NCBI GenBank assembly: GCA_965249485.1
Contig: OZ252239.1
Location: forward strand, 1,504,001 to 1,568,000
Length of the DNA: 64,000 nucleotides
Reading direction: 5' to 3'
Origin: a bacterium
Lineage (GTDB): Bacteria > SM23-31
Numbering within the stretch: the stretch's first letter is position 1; each line of letters starts with the position of its first letter. Below are positions 9,193 through 20,811 of the stretch, piece by piece. A program made the position numbers and the translations under genes. The notes under the pieces are model-generated. The model ran no database searches and was not told the origin of the DNA. It was given only the letters and a program-made list of their open reading frames with translations.

Positions 9193-10575
9193 ATGAATAC
9201 CCACAATACAATGAAACTATTACTGTTCTTTTTGAGTGTAGGGATACTGTTTTCCGGCTGTCAGAATGACTGGAATACCGCGATTCCGAAAATTGTCAAT
9301 ATTAAAATAGAGGTTGATGTCGAATACGGATATGTTGCCATCAATTACGATATTATCGATGATAAAGGTGACGGTTTAGAGGTCTATTTAAACGACGATG
9401 AACTGAATGTCTATATGCAGGTGTCGAATGACGGCGGAAAAACATTCACTTTTCCAGCGGAATCAGTGTATGGACATGTCAGGCGTGAAGAGGTTTCTCC
9501 CGGAACAGACTGGCAGATTCTTTGGCATTACGACAATGATAATATTGATTTTGCAGCAGCAGGCAATAAATTTGTGGTCAAACTTATTGCGGATGACCGA
9601 TATCAGACCAGTATTGAAGAGTTGATTAGCCGTGTTGATGTTGAGCGGATCAAGAGCGATTTGGCTATTATTGAAGGAATACGGCACTATGCTACCGGTG
9701 AAGAACACCTCCTTGAAGTGCGAAACCTAATTGAAGAACGGTTTGCATCACTTGGTCTCAATGTGAATATAGACAAATTTGATTATGAAGGATATCCGGC
9801 AGCGAATATTTCTGCATACAAGACGGGAATGAGGAGAATCAATGATCTCTACGGTATTGGTGCCCATTTCGACTCTGTTGAAGATTCTCCCGGAGCAGAA
9901 GATAATGGTTCAGGTATTGCCATTATGCTCGAAGCTGCACGGATTCTTTCAGAGCATTGGTATAATGGTTCATTAGCATTTCTTGGTTTTGATCTGGAGG
10001 AGGAGGGACTGATCGGCAGCGGCCATTATGTTGAGAACACTATACCTGATAATGCCGACATTCAGGGTGTGATTATCCTTGATCAGGTCGGATATTTCAA
10101 TTCGGAACCAAATAGTCAGAGGGTACCGGAAGGTGTTGATCAGGTTTTTCCCGAGTTTTACAGTACGGTATCACAATATGAATTCAAAGGGGATTTTGTC
10201 TGGAATATTGCAAATGAATATTCACAGGAACTCGCAACCGAATTTACGCAGAGTGCACTTAATTTTATACCGGAATTAAAAGTGTTTGAAATTATTGCAC
10301 CCGGGAATGCAGAAAATGTCAGTGATCTCCGAAGAAGTGACCATAGACCTTTCTGGGATGCCAATTATCCGGCAATATTGCTTTCTGCGGGTTCGGGTGA
10401 ATTTAGAAATCCTAATTATCACCAGGAAAGTGACACGAAAGAAACATTGAACTACGAAAAAATGACTGATTTGACTCGTGCTCTTATTGCAACAATAGCA
10501 GGGCTCGCAGAATTCAGGCATGCAGGTTATGCAGTCAGCGATGAATTTGAAATCCCAATCGTTGCAGTACCTTAA
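9193..10575 (+). CDS. M28-family zinc aminopeptidase, lipoprotein
   Basis: Lipobox FSGC; GAHFDS, GAEDNGSG, EEEGLIGS, RSDH, YHQESD. Confidence 0.9.
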   Translation: MNTHNTMKLLLFFLSVGILFSGCQNDWNTAIPKIVNIKIEVDVEYGYVAINYDIIDDKGDGLEVYLNDDELNVYMQVSNDGGKTFTFPAESVYGHVRREEVSPGTDWQILWHYDNDNIDFAAAGNKFVVKLIADDRYQTSIEELISRVDVERIKSDLAIIEGIRHYATGEEHLLEVRNLIEERFASLGLNVNIDKFDYEGYPAANISAYKTGMRRINDLYGIGAHFDSVEDSPGAEDNGSGIAIMLEAARILSEHWYNGSLAFLGFDLEEEGLIGSGHYVENTIPDNADIQGVIILDQVGYFNSEPNSQRVPEGVDQVFPEFYSTVSQYEFKGDFVWNIANEYSQELATEFTQSALNFIPELKVFEIIAPGNAENVSDLRRSDHRPFWDANYPAILLSAGSGEFRNPNYHQESDTKETLNYEKMTDLTRALIATIAGLAEFRHAGYAVSDEFEIPIVAVP

Positions 10576-10642
10576 GTCGCACAAAAAAATGCATCAACAA
10601 TACAACTTTCATTGATTTGGTTAAGCAAAAAAGGCATCAAAT

Positions 10643-11374
10643 ATGGCTAATCCCCTTGTAGAAAACATTCTTCTTTTTAAACGTCTGTCGCAATATACTG
10701 CGGAGCAGATATTTCAAGTCATTCACGATGAAACACCGCAGACGACCGCAATCATTCTTTCACGTCTTGAGCCAAAAAAAGCGAAAGACATTCTCGAATT
10801 TTTCCCATCCGATGACTTAAAAGATATCGCTTACAGGATGGCAACAGCAAAATCAGTCCCGCCGGAGATACTTAATGAAGTTGCCAACACGTTGGGTGAA
10901 AAGCTGCGAGTGTTTGAGCCAGGTGGAAAAAGTGCGGAACATATCGGTATGAGCGGTCAAGATAAGATGGCTGAAGTCTTGAAACATATGGGATCGTCAC
11001 AAAGCAAAGAACTGCTTGATAGACTCGGCAAGAAAGATGTCGGGATGTCTGATCGAATAAATAGAAAAATGTTCCTGTTTGAAGATATTGTGAAGACCGA
11101 ATCCGAAAGCTTGAAACGTTCACTCATGTCGGTTGACACCTCAAAGCTTGCAGTGGCATTGAAAGGTACGAGTGTCGATATGGTCAAGGCAGTCCTTGAA
11201 GGATTAACTGCTAACCGGCAGAAGATGCTCGCATCGGAACTCAAACATCTTGGGCCACAGCTAAAATCCGATGTTGAGCGTGCCCGTGCTGATATTATTG
11301 CTACGTTACGGGGATTTCTTGATCAAGGGATTCTGCGACTGCGAGGAGATCAGTCTGCGGATGAGTGGGTGTAG
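10643..11374 (+). CDS. stand-alone FliG middle/C-terminal domain protein
   Basis: ETPQ (EHPQ-like) and MFLFED motifs; no FliG N-domain. Confidence 0.75.
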   Translation: MANPLVENILLFKRLSQYTAEQIFQVIHDETPQTTAIILSRLEPKKAKDILEFFPSDDLKDIAYRMATAKSVPPEILNEVANTLGEKLRVFEPGGKSAEHIGMSGQDKMAEVLKHMGSSQSKELLDRLGKKDVGMSDRINRKMFLFEDIVKTESESLKRSLMSVDTSKLAVALKGTSVDMVKAVLEGLTANRQKMLASELKHLGPQLKSDVERARADIIATLRGFLDQGILRLRGDQSADEWV

Positions 11375-14213
11375 TGTTAGCGAGAATATTCTTCAATTCT
11401 GTCTTGAGATATTGCCCCGTATATGACTGCCGATTGTCCGCGATCGACTCCGGCGTACCGGATGCAACAACTTGTCCCCCATTGTCGCCGCCTTCCGGGC
11501 CGAGATCGATAATATAATCTGCGGTTTTAATCACATCCATATTATGTTCAATCACAATAGCGGTATTCCCTTTTTCCACAAGCCTGCTCAGTACTGTCAG
11601 GAGCTGCTTGATGTCCTCAAAATGGAGACCTGTTGTCGGTTCGTCGAGAATATAAATGGTATTGCCTGTCCCAATTTTAGACAACTCAGTCGAAAGTTTT
11701 ACCCGCTGAGCTTCCCCGCCTGACAAGGTTGTTGCTTGTTGTCCCAGATGAATATATCCCAAGCCGACATCGCTGAGTGTTTCGAGTTTTCTCCTGATCG
11801 GAGGGATATTTCCCAGAAATTCAAGCGCTTCATTGACTGTCATGTCAAGTACGTTTGCTATTGTCTTCCCTTTGTAATGAATTTCAAGCGTTTCACGGTT
11901 ATACCGTTTTCCTTTACAAACTTCACAGGGAACATAGACATCGGGCAGAAAATGCATTTCGATTTTAATAATACCATCACCTTGACACGCTTCACATCGG
12001 CCACCTTTGACGTTGAAACTAAACCGTCCTGGCTGATACCCCCGTAATTTTGATTCAGGCAGCTGTGAATAGAGCATCCTGATATGTGTAAATAGTCCGG
12101 TATAGGTTGCCGGATTAGAGCGTGGTGTCCTGCCTATGGGTGACTGGTCGATGTCTATAACTTTGTCAACATTTTCAAGTCCCTCGATCCGGTCAAAAGT
12201 GAGCGGTTGCTTTTTACTGTGATAAAACTTTTTCGCGAGGGCAGGATAAAGTGTCTCATTGACGAGGGTACTTTTACCGGAACCCGAAACGCCGGTGACA
12301 CAGATAAATGTTCCGAGAGGAAAAGTGACATTAATGTTTTTAAGATTATTCCCTTGGGCACCAAATAGTTTTAACGCTTTTTTGTTTGGCTTTCTCCTCG
12401 TCTCTGGTATGGAGATATCTAATTTTTTCGACAGGTATTTTCCCGTTAGCGATTTTTTATTTCGCATGATTTTTTCAGGTGATCCCTCTGCGATTACGTA
12501 ACCGCCGTTGATCCCAGCACCAGGGCCGAGGTCAACCACATAATCTGCTTCAAGAATAGTATCTCTGTCATGTTCAATAATGATGACGGTGTTGCCAAGG
12601 TCGCGGAGCTTCACTAGTGTATCTATAAGTCGCCTGTTGTCGCGCTGATGCAGTCCGATACTCGGTTCGTCGAGGATATACAAAACACCGACAAGCTGTG
12701 ATCCGATCTGCGTTGCGAGACGGATACGCTGTGCCTCTCCGCCGGACAGTGTTCCTGCAGACCTATTAAGCGTCAGGTAGTCGAGGCCGACATTATTCAA
12801 AAATGCAAGTCGTTCGGATATTTCTTTCAATATCTGGTGAGCGATTTCCTTATCTCGTGCAGATAATTTGAGTTTATCAAAAAAGTGAATGGTATCTTTC
12901 ACCGATATGCATGTTATATCGTGAATGTTTTTTCCGCCTATTTTAACTGCAAGCGGCTCCTTTTTCAGTCGTGCTCCCTCACATTCGGGACATGGGATAG
13001 TATTCATGAAATTTTCAATAAAAGTCCTGATGTATTGTGAGTTTGTCTGTTTATACCGCCTGTTCAAATTAGGAATAACACCTTCGAATTTCCCCGTCCA
13101 CTCTCCATGACCCTTACCGTTCGAGTGGTTATATTTGTAGGTAAACTCTTCTTTTCCCGATCCATATAAGACAACTTTTTTCACTTCATCAGACAATTTC
13201 CTATACGGCGTAAATAAAGAAATTTGATAATGCTGCGCAATCGACTTGAGCATAGTCCGGTACCATTTGCTCCCCTGAATATCTCCCCAAGCCTCGATTG
13301 CGCCTTCCATAATAGATTTATTCTGATCACGGATGACCAGATTCGGATCGATCTCCATTTTTGTACCGAGACCGCTGCATGTAGCGCATGCACCGTAAGG
13401 ACTATTGAATGAAAACATTCTCGGTGCAAGCTCTTCATAGCTGATTCCGCAATGAACACAGGCAAATTGTTCGCTGAACAGCAGTTCCTCACCGTCGATA
13501 ATTGCAATCTGCACAATCCCGCTTCCAAGACCGAGAGCGGTTTCGAGTGAGTCGGCAAGCCTTTTATCTTGATCCATCCTGATTACAAGTCTATCGACAA
13601 CAACATCAATGGAGTGTTTCTTATTTTTTTGCAGCTTGATTTCAGAATGTGCTTCGACAATTTCACCGTCGACCCGGACTCTTATATATCCTTCCTTGAG
13701 AATCTGCTTAAAGAGTTCTTTGTATTCACCTTTTCGGCCGCGCACCAACGGCGCAAGAATCTGTATTTTCGTTCCTTCCGGCTGTGTCAGGATAGTATCA
13801 ACCATCTGTTGAACTGTTTGCCGCTGGATTTCTCTGCTGCATTTATAGCAATAAGGTGTGCCGATACGCGAAAAGAGGAGCCGGAAATAGTCATAAATTT
13901 CAGTAACAGTCGCTACGGTCGAACGGGGATTCTTACTTGATGACCGCTGTTCAATTGAGATTGCCGGAGAAAGTCCCTCGATATAATCGACATCCGGTTT
14001 TTCCATCAAACCGAGAAACTGCCGTGCATAGGCCGAAAGAGATTCAACATACCGGCGCTGACCTTCGGCATAGATAGTGTCGAAAGCCAGAGACGATTTT
14101 CCAGAACCTGAAATTCCGGTAACAACAGTCAATTTATTTCGGGGGAGTGACAAGGAAATATCCTGCAAATTATGCTCCCGTGCCCCCCTAATTGTTATGA
14201 ATTCATTTTTCAT
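11301..14213 (-). CDS. uvrA: excinuclease ABC subunit A
   Basis: Two ABC cassettes ([24 protein letters not shown] twice) and zinc fingers. Confidence 0.98.
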   Translation of the reverse strand: MKNEFITIRGAREHNLQDISLSLPRNKLTVVTGISGSGKSSLAFDTIYAEGQRRYVESLSAYARQFLGLMEKPDVDYIEGLSPAISIEQRSSSKNPRSTVATVTEIYDYFRLLFSRIGTPYCYKCSREIQRQTVQQMVDTILTQPEGTKIQILAPLVRGRKGEYKELFKQILKEGYIRVRVDGEIVEAHSEIKLQKNKKHSIDVVVDRLVIRMDQDKRLADSLETALGLGSGIVQIAIIDGEELLFSEQFACVHCGISYEELAPRMFSFNSPYGACATCSGLGTKMEIDPNLVIRDQNKSIMEGAIEAWGDIQGSKWYRTMLKSIAQHYQISLFTPYRKLSDEVKKVVLYGSGKEEFTYKYNHSNGKGHGEWTGKFEGVIPNLNRRYKQTNSQYIRTFIENFMNTIPCPECEGARLKKEPLAVKIGGKNIHDITCISVKDTIHFFDKLKLSARDKEIAHQILKEISERLAFLNNVGLDYLTLNRSAGTLSGGEAQRIRLATQIGSQLVGVLYILDEPSIGLHQRDNRRLIDTLVKLRDLGNTVIIIEHDRDTILEADYVVDLGPGAGINGGYVIAEGSPEKIMRNKKSLTGKYLSKKLDISIPETRRKPNKKALKLFGAQGNNLKNINVTFPLGTFICVTGVSGSGKSTLVNETLYPALAKKFYHSKKQPLTFDRIEGLENVDKVIDIDQSPIGRTPRSNPATYTGLFTHIRMLYSQLPESKLRGYQPGRFSFNVKGGRCEACQGDGIIKIEMHFLPDVYVPCEVCKGKRYNRETLEIHYKGKTIANVLDMTVNEALEFLGNIPPIRRKLETLSDVGLGYIHLGQQATTLSGGEAQRVKLSTELSKIGTGNTIYILDEPTTGLHFEDIKQLLTVLSRLVEKGNTAIVIEHNMDVIKTADYIIDLGPEGGDNGGQVVASGTPESIADNRQSYTGQYLKTELKNILANTTPTHPQTDLLAVAESLDQEIPVT

Positions 14214-14688
14214 AAAGTATACTTTACTATTAAATTACATCACGTTCAAATCCTGTAATATCCGGCTAAAACGATACCAAGCCAGCGTATAATGTATGAC
14301 ATAAAGCCGCAACTCGCAAGCATTAATCACCATTTTTTTTGGAGGATATTCACAGTAGTGTCATACTTTTTAGTAGTATTGAAATAATACGTCAAACAAG
14401 ACATCAAATATACGGAATGACGCCAACAGTCTCAATTACCCCTTGATAACCGAACAAAAAAATTGTATCTTTCTTCATAGTATTTTGCATTGGATGAGGC
14501 CGATTTCACTTCTTCCTTTTTCCGGCAATTGTAATCCACAGAACATATATTATCCGTCAAGATCTGTGCAAATATATGTATGAGGATGTCGACATATTAC
14601 TGTTCATCAAGTAGATAGTAAATGTCAGCGTTACCTATTTCTTGTCAAAAAAGAAAATTCGTTTTAGAATAAATTTGAGATTTGTATT

Positions 14689-14922
14689 ATGGATGATTTC
14701 GGGCTACTGTCAATATGTGCTTCGGCATTTACCGGTGTGTTTTTTTTATTGAGCCTCCTTGCAGTAGTAATGAGAATTCTCACAGCTGCCTTTCCGGCTG
14801 TAAGCGGCTCATCTGACAGTCCATCCGGTCCTGCTGACCAAATGATTGTCGCTGCCATTACGAGCGCGGCAGCATCTACATTTCCCGGAGCCCGGGTTGC
14901 GAAAATTGAGGAGAAGATATGA
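14689..14922 (+). CDS. oadG: Na+-translocating decarboxylase gamma subunit (OadG-like)
   Basis: Single TM helix, Pro/Ser linker, IVAAITSA motif; first gene of operon. Confidence 0.75.
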   Translation: MDDFGLLSICASAFTGVFFLLSLLAVVMRILTAAFPAVSGSSDSPSGPADQMIVAAITSAAASTFPGARVAKIEEKI

Positions 14923-16775
14923 TTTATGCAAAGAATCCGAAGACAATTCGTGTCCAGTTGATGACGTTTCGGGATGGCCTTCAAAGTCTCTTTGGGGGAA
15001 AAGTACGAGTAAAGGATATTTTACCGGCAATGGAAGCAGCAGCGCATGCCGGTGTCCGGCATATGGAATTCGGCGGCGGTGCACGTTTTCAGGCGCCATT
15101 ATTTTATGTTGGAGAAGATCCGTTTGAATGTATGAAAACAATGCGAGAGACAGTTGGACCGGATGTTATTCTTCAAATATTAACCCGCTCCGTTAGTGGT
15201 GTTACGCTCACAAATCAGAATATTGAATCGTTGACATTACAGGCGAAACTGATGCACAAATACGGGACAACCTGGGATCGGAATTTCGATTTCATGAATG
15301 ATGTAAGAAACCTGATCAATACAGGTAAGCCAATTGTAGATTCGGGTATGCATCATCAGGTGTGTATTGCTCTCATGGGGCTCCCGTTTAAATCGGATAA
15401 AGCACACACACCTGCATTCTATATCGATATTGCGCGTCAGCTTCTCGATAGTGATGTCCACATCGATTCGATCTGTATGAAGGATGCCAGCGGAACAACA
15501 GATCCGAAAACGGTTTATGAAACTGCAAAAGGTATTAAAAAAATGATGCCGTCTGAGATGCCGTTGTGGTTCCATACACACGATACGGCAAGTATGGGCG
15601 TTGCATGTTATATGGCTGCTGTCGAGGGAGGTGCAGATGGAATCGATCTATCGATCCGTCCGATGTCGAGTGGGACATCACAACCCGATATAAAATCGGT
15701 TGCACACGCATTGAAAGGCACCGGCTATTCACTGGATATTGATGCCGATAAATTGAATGAAGTTGAGTCGATCCTGATTGACAGTATGAAAGATTACGAT
15801 TTTAATCCGGTCGTATTGGCTGCTGATCCCCGCGTTGTCGGATTTCCGATGCCCGGCGGTGCTATCGGCCCGAATGTCCATATGATGGTCAAAGCCGGTA
15901 TTTTAAGTAAATACAGCGATGTTCTTTCTGAATTTCCTACTGTCGTTGAGAAAGGCGGTTCATGGACAAGCGTGACACCGGGCAGTCAGCAGTATTGGCT
16001 CCAGGCGTTTAATAATGTGCTCCTTGGACCGTGGAAAAAAATTGATCCGGGTTACGGCAAGTCGGTGCTTGGGTATTTCGGAAAAACACCGCTACCGCCA
16101 GATCCTGAAATCGTAAAGATTGCTTCGGAACAGTTGAAGCTCGATCCGTTTGACGGTGATCCTCTGGAAGCAGCTGTAAATAATATACCTGTTGCACGTG
16201 AAGAGTTGGAAAAGCGGAAATTACCTACCGATGAAAAATCGATTTTTCTGGTGGTAAGCTCTATGGTTCCGGGCAAAAACATGGAACTCAATGAAGGTAT
16301 CCGTCTACTCTCTGGAAATCCAAAAATTGATCTTCCATTGAAGAAAAAAGAAGAATCGAAACCAGCAGCAGCTCCAGCGGCGTCACAAGCAATCAGTGGA
16401 CCGGTCACCACAACCTGTACGGTCGAAGAAGCGGGTGTTGTCAGGACTTTTACGGTTACTTTAGCTCCTTCGAGTTCCGGCAGTGATGCCGCAGTTCCTG
16501 CTGTACCTATTGCCGTCCCACAGCCGGCTCAGGTTCCAGTAAACGGAAAACCGGTCTTTTCGCCCTTTGACGGAAGTGTTCCGGTTATAGAAATCAATGT
16601 CAAAGTAGGTGATGTGGTCAAAGAGGGTGATGTTGTTGCAGCAATTGAAGCACTTAAAGCAAAACACGACATTCGGAGCCCTCTCGATGGCACTGTTCAG
16701 GCCATACATACTTCAATCGGTAATGAAGTTGAGAAAAGTAATCCCATTATGACGATAACCCCGAAGGCAGGATAA
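14919..16775 (+). CDS. oadA: oxaloacetate decarboxylase alpha / pyruvate carboxylase B-type subunit (carboxyltransferase plus biotin carrier)
   Basis: RDGLQS, KDASG, HTH, MPGG, VTPGSQ motifs; C-terminal biotinyl domain. Confidence 0.85.
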   Translation: MIYAKNPKTIRVQLMTFRDGLQSLFGGKVRVKDILPAMEAAAHAGVRHMEFGGGARFQAPLFYVGEDPFECMKTMRETVGPDVILQILTRSVSGVTLTNQNIESLTLQAKLMHKYGTTWDRNFDFMNDVRNLINTGKPIVDSGMHHQVCIALMGLPFKSDKAHTPAFYIDIARQLLDSDVHIDSICMKDASGTTDPKTVYETAKGIKKMMPSEMPLWFHTHDTASMGVACYMAAVEGGADGIDLSIRPMSSGTSQPDIKSVAHALKGTGYSLDIDADKLNEVESILIDSMKDYDFNPVVLAADPRVVGFPMPGGAIGPNVHMMVKAGILSKYSDVLSEFPTVVEKGGSWTSVTPGSQQYWLQAFNNVLLGPWKKIDPGYGKSVLGYFGKTPLPPDPEIVKIASEQLKLDPFDGDPLEAAVNNIPVAREELEKRKLPTDEKSIFLVVSSMVPGKNMELNEGIRLLSGNPKIDLPLKKKEESKPAAAPAASQAISGPVTTTCTVEEAGVVRTFTVTLAPSSSGSDAAVPAVPIAVPQPAQVPVNGKPVFSPFDGSVPVIEINVKVGDVVKEGDVVAAIEALKAKHDIRSPLDGTVQAIHTSIGNEVEKSNPIMTITPKAG

Positions 16776-16789
16776 AGGCAGGATAAAGG

Positions 16790-17917
16790 ATGGAAGTTAC
16801 TCTAGAATTGCTTAAGCAGTCTGGCCTCTGGCATATTACAATATCTAACATTATAATGTTTGCTATTGCCGGGACATTGATATATCTTGCGATAAAAAAG
16901 GAGTATGAACCGCTTCTTTTGATTCCGATCGGTTTCGGTGCTATACTTGCCAATCTCCCTTTAGCAGATATGGGATCATATGGCGCAGGACTGCTTAATT
17001 TTATTTACCGAAACGGAATAAAGACAGAATTTCTCCCGCCCATGATTTTTCTTGGTGTGGGAGTATTAACGGATTTCAGACCCTTGCTTGGCAGGCCAAT
17101 TACTTTTGTTCTTGGAGCTTCGGCACAGCTCGGAATATTTGTTGCTGCTCTCGGCGCATACTATTTATTGGGATTTTCTCCAAGAGAAGCAGCAAGTATC
17201 GGTATCATCGGCGGAGCGGACGGTCCGACATCGATATTCCTGGCTGCACGTCTTGCACCCCATCTGCTTGGCGCAGTCGCAGTCGCTGCATATAGTTATA
17301 TGTCGCTTGTGCCCATCATTCAACCGCCAATCTTACGGTTGCTAACCACTAAGAAAGAACGCGCAATCGACATGCCTCAGTTTAAACCGGTTTCCCAACG
17401 TACGGTCATCCTTTTTCCGATTGTTACCGGTGTTATCACTATGCTGTTTATACCGTCAAGTGCCCCATTGATCGGAATGCTTATGTTCGGTAACCTGATG
17501 AGAGAGAGCGGCGTGGTAACCCGGTTGAGTAAAACCGCTGGTGGACCAATGATCGATATTGTTACCATAATGCTTGGACTTGCTGTCGGTGCAACAATGG
17601 ATAGTGAACATTTTCTGAACTGGGCTACGATTAAGATTCTCTTGTTGGGAGCTATAGCTTTTTCATTCAGCACCGCAGGCGGCATCATATTTGGCAAAAT
17701 TCTCAATCTGTTCCTGCCGGATAAGATTAAAATTAATCCCTGTATCGGTGCTGCAGGTGTATCAGCGGTTCCGATGGCAGCACGAGTTGTGCAAAGATTT
17801 GTCAGTGAAGAAACAAACGGAAAGGTTAATCCGCTTTATTCTGCGATGGGACCGAATGTTGCAGGAGTGATCGGTTCTGCAGTTGCGGCAGGTGTCTTTC
17901 TCTCGTTCTTAGGTTGA
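16790..17917 (+). CDS. oadB: Na+-translocating decarboxylase beta subunit
   Basis: EPLLLIPIGFG, IGIIGGADGPT, GVSAVPMAARV, MGPNVAGVIGS. Confidence 0.95.
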   Translation: MEVTLELLKQSGLWHITISNIIMFAIAGTLIYLAIKKEYEPLLLIPIGFGAILANLPLADMGSYGAGLLNFIYRNGIKTEFLPPMIFLGVGVLTDFRPLLGRPITFVLGASAQLGIFVAALGAYYLLGFSPREAASIGIIGGADGPTSIFLAARLAPHLLGAVAVAAYSYMSLVPIIQPPILRLLTTKKERAIDMPQFKPVSQRTVILFPIVTGVITMLFIPSSAPLIGMLMFGNLMRESGVVTRLSKTAGGPMIDIVTIMLGLAVGATMDSEHFLNWATIKILLLGAIAFSFSTAGGIIFGKILNLFLPDKIKINPCIGAAGVSAVPMAARVVQRFVSEETNGKVNPLYSAMGPNVAGVIGSAVAAGVFLSFLG

Positions 17918-18264
17918 TATTTGACTCAATTATAGATAGTTAACTACTTACCGATTTACCTCACCTTTTGCTTGAAAGATCATGGAACAGATTGTACTGA
18001 ACTGTTTCTCATGTTCCGCAAATTATTCTCCAATTACTCCGGATGAACGGATATTCAACGTCTATTCTCGTATGTGTTGTTTCAATTAATATGATTTCCG
18101 TTCGTATTTTTGAACTAAACAGTTTGAAATGTGTTAAAAATGTATGGCAGGTATACTTCCAACAGTAATACACCTATCCTCCTGTCGTCCAAATCATAGA
18201 TTCTGTTGGGCGCATACTGCCCAAAACTGTTTATTACATTGATTAGACACTCATTAAATTACCA

Positions 18265-20424
18265 ATGACCGAACTGTCCCAAATTGTCCCGCAACTTGAA
18301 GAGGAAAAATCGGGAATATTCCGAAATCTCATCAAGCTTGCATTAACCAATCTCGGTGCTAAAGTAGCAATTTATCAGAATGATGGTGTTCTTTTGTGGT
18401 CGAATGAGGCTTACAAAAAGACCAGTGAGTCCGAACGAGAGGGTTCCGGTAGAATTTGTCTCGACCATCTTCACAATGAGCGGGGTTGTCCGGGATATCT
18501 GTTGAAAAAAACTGCGGAACAGGAGGCAATTCAACATTCTACATTCATGATCGAAAATGATGTTAATGAGAGGACGTATTACAACTCGTTTACATTTCCC
18601 GTCTACGATCACGATTCTCAATTCTCGAATATCATTGAAATCTGCTGGAAAATCAGTAAATCCGAGGCGCTTGAACGTCTCACGTGCGGTGCTAACGCAC
18701 TCCTTGACAATCTTGCGGGCACATCTCTCCATGCGATTCTCATTGTCGATGCGAACAATATGATATCGTTCTGGAATACCGGGGCGGAAAAGCTTTTCGG
18801 CTATACATTTGATGAGGTGCTCCATACCCATTATAACTTCCTGTCTAACGATTCTGATCAGACCGAGCAAATCCTCAATCTCATGAATAAATTTTTGAAA
18901 ATTCGTGTGTATATAAAGAACTTTGAAACAGAATTGAAGACGAAAGACGGGAATCTGATTAGAGTCGAGATTACCGGAGCATTTATGCATCCGGAAAGAA
19001 AAGAGCAGTATGGCACCTACTGGATTATTAAAGATATTGGGGTTCGAAAAAGCCTTGAATACCGATACCAGAGAACGATCGAAAAACTCCAGAAACTCCA
19101 TGAAATAGCGTATCTGCTCCATCAGCCGGTGTACGAAGAAGAAATCTACCAGGCTATGCTTGTGAGTGTTACCGCGGGTGAGGGACTGCGGTTTAACCGG
19201 GCGTACCTTTTGATGGCAGATTATGACAACAATGTACTTGAGGGAAAACTCGCAATAGGGCCGGCAAGTCCGGAAGAGGCAGGGAAAATATGGGGACAAC
19301 TGCCGCAGCAATTTACTTCGCTCAGCGGCATTCTCGAATCGTTCAAACACCGTGATCTCAGCATTCACGAACCGATCATGGATGTGGTGCGGTCTATGTC
19401 GACGCCTCTCAATGACAATTCGAGCATCCTGGTGAAAGCGCTGAAAGAGCGTCGCTCATTCCTCGTTAAAAATGGGAGCTGTGCGGTTGCATTTGACGTT
19501 TCAATTTGCACCCAGATTAACAACGACACTTTTTCGGTTATACCAATTAACGCACAGAGCGGTGCAATCGGTGTTCTGCTGGTCGATAATGTGTACAATA
19601 AGAAGGAAATTACCGAAGAAGATATTGAAGCGCTCGAAATTTTTGCTACACAGGCAGGATTTTCTTTGGAAAATGCTCGTCTCCAGAAAAATGTGTCACT
19701 CCGCTTGAAAGAGCTGGAGGAGGCATACGGTACCCTTCAGGACAGTCAGAACAAACTGGTAAAATCAGAACGACTGGCAACTATTGGTGAGGTTGTGGCA
19801 AAAGTCTCCCACGAGATAAGGAATCCCCTCGTCAATATCGGCGGATTTGCCAATCAGCTTCTCCGGAAAACAGATCCAGCTTCAGAAGATTTCCAGTATC
19901 TCAAAATCATAGCTGATGAAACGAGACGGCTCGAAAATATTCTTGGGGATATACTTAATTATTCCTCGGAATATCAGCCAAAAAAAGAATTGGTAAATCT
20001 GGGAGTTTTACTCGACAAAAATTTGTTAATATTAATGGATGAGATTCATCAGCATGCAATCGGGCTAAACCTGAATTTTGAAGATGCGGATTGCATTCTC
20101 TATGTGGATCCGAATCAGATCACACAGGTGTTTCTGAATATCATGCGCAATTGCATTCAGGCAATGCCGAAAGGCGGCAAAATGTCTGTCAGTTTTAGCC
20201 GCAACAACGGTTTTGCCGTCGTAACAATCAAAGATACCGGTGTCGGTATCAGAAAAAAAGATATGGGATATCTCTTTCAGCGGTTCTACACAACGAAATC
20301 GAATGGTCTGGGTTTGGGACTACCGATCAGCCAGCAGATTATGAAAGTGCATGGTGGCTCTATTGAGGTGCGCAGTAAATACCGCAAAGGAACGGCGTTT
20401 GAAATATATTTACCGACTACTTGA
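18265..20424 (+). CDS. PAS/GAF sensor histidine kinase
   Basis: PAS (WNTGAEKLFGY), GAF, H-box SHEIRNPL, DTGVG and GLGLGL boxes. Confidence 0.92.
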   Translation: MTELSQIVPQLEEEKSGIFRNLIKLALTNLGAKVAIYQNDGVLLWSNEAYKKTSESEREGSGRICLDHLHNERGCPGYLLKKTAEQEAIQHSTFMIENDVNERTYYNSFTFPVYDHDSQFSNIIEICWKISKSEALERLTCGANALLDNLAGTSLHAILIVDANNMISFWNTGAEKLFGYTFDEVLHTHYNFLSNDSDQTEQILNLMNKFLKIRVYIKNFETELKTKDGNLIRVEITGAFMHPERKEQYGTYWIIKDIGVRKSLEYRYQRTIEKLQKLHEIAYLLHQPVYEEEIYQAMLVSVTAGEGLRFNRAYLLMADYDNNVLEGKLAIGPASPEEAGKIWGQLPQQFTSLSGILESFKHRDLSIHEPIMDVVRSMSTPLNDNSSILVKALKERRSFLVKNGSCAVAFDVSICTQINNDTFSVIPINAQSGAIGVLLVDNVYNKKEITEEDIEALEIFATQAGFSLENARLQKNVSLRLKELEEAYGTLQDSQNKLVKSERLATIGEVVAKVSHEIRNPLVNIGGFANQLLRKTDPASEDFQYLKIIADETRRLENILGDILNYSSEYQPKKELVNLGVLLDKNLLILMDEIHQHAIGLNLNFEDADCILYVDPNQITQVFLNIMRNCIQAMPKGGKMSVSFSRNNGFAVVTIKDTGVGIRKKDMGYLFQRFYTTKSNGLGLGLPISQQIMKVHGGSIEVRSKYRKGTAFEIYLPTT

Positions 20425-20440
20425 AAGGGGATTTTGAACC

Positions 20441-20797
20441 ATGAGAAAGCTTTTGATAGCTGAAGATGACAAAAACTTGCGTTTACTCTATAAAAAAGAG
20501 TTTACCGATAATGGTTTTAAAGTGGTTTTGGCCAAGACCGGTAAAGAGGCTATTGCAAAGGCGCAGAAAATTAAGCCCGATCTAATCATTATGGATATTC
20601 GTATGCCGGGATTGGGCGGTATAGAAGCAATGAACGAAATTAAATCGTTTGCGCGAAATACACCGGTGATTCTCAATACAGCGTATCCGATACATCAGGA
20701 AGATTTTTCTACTTGGCCTGCATCGGCATATGTGGTGAAATCTTCGGATATGAGCCTGTTAAAGCAGAAAGTGGAAGAAGCATTGATGCGGAACTGA
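20441..20797 (+). CDS. single-domain response regulator
   Basis: AEDD, MDIRMP, TAY and VKS receiver motifs. Confidence 0.92.
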   Translation: MRKLLIAEDDKNLRLLYKKEFTDNGFKVVLAKTGKEAIAKAQKIKPDLIIMDIRMPGLGGIEAMNEIKSFARNTPVILNTAYPIHQEDFSTWPASAYVVKSSDMSLLKQKVEEALMRN

Positions 20798-20811
20798 AAA
20801 TGTAACCGGTT

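Noticed and set aside
18145..18162. Possible sigma-54 promoter (TGGCA...) before the histidine kinase
   Set aside because: No GC at the -12 position with correct spacing.
18343..19368. Long antisense ORF (341 aa) and the many other nested or antisense track ORFs
   Set aside because: They lie within well-supported genes and show no motifs; treated as shadow ORFs.
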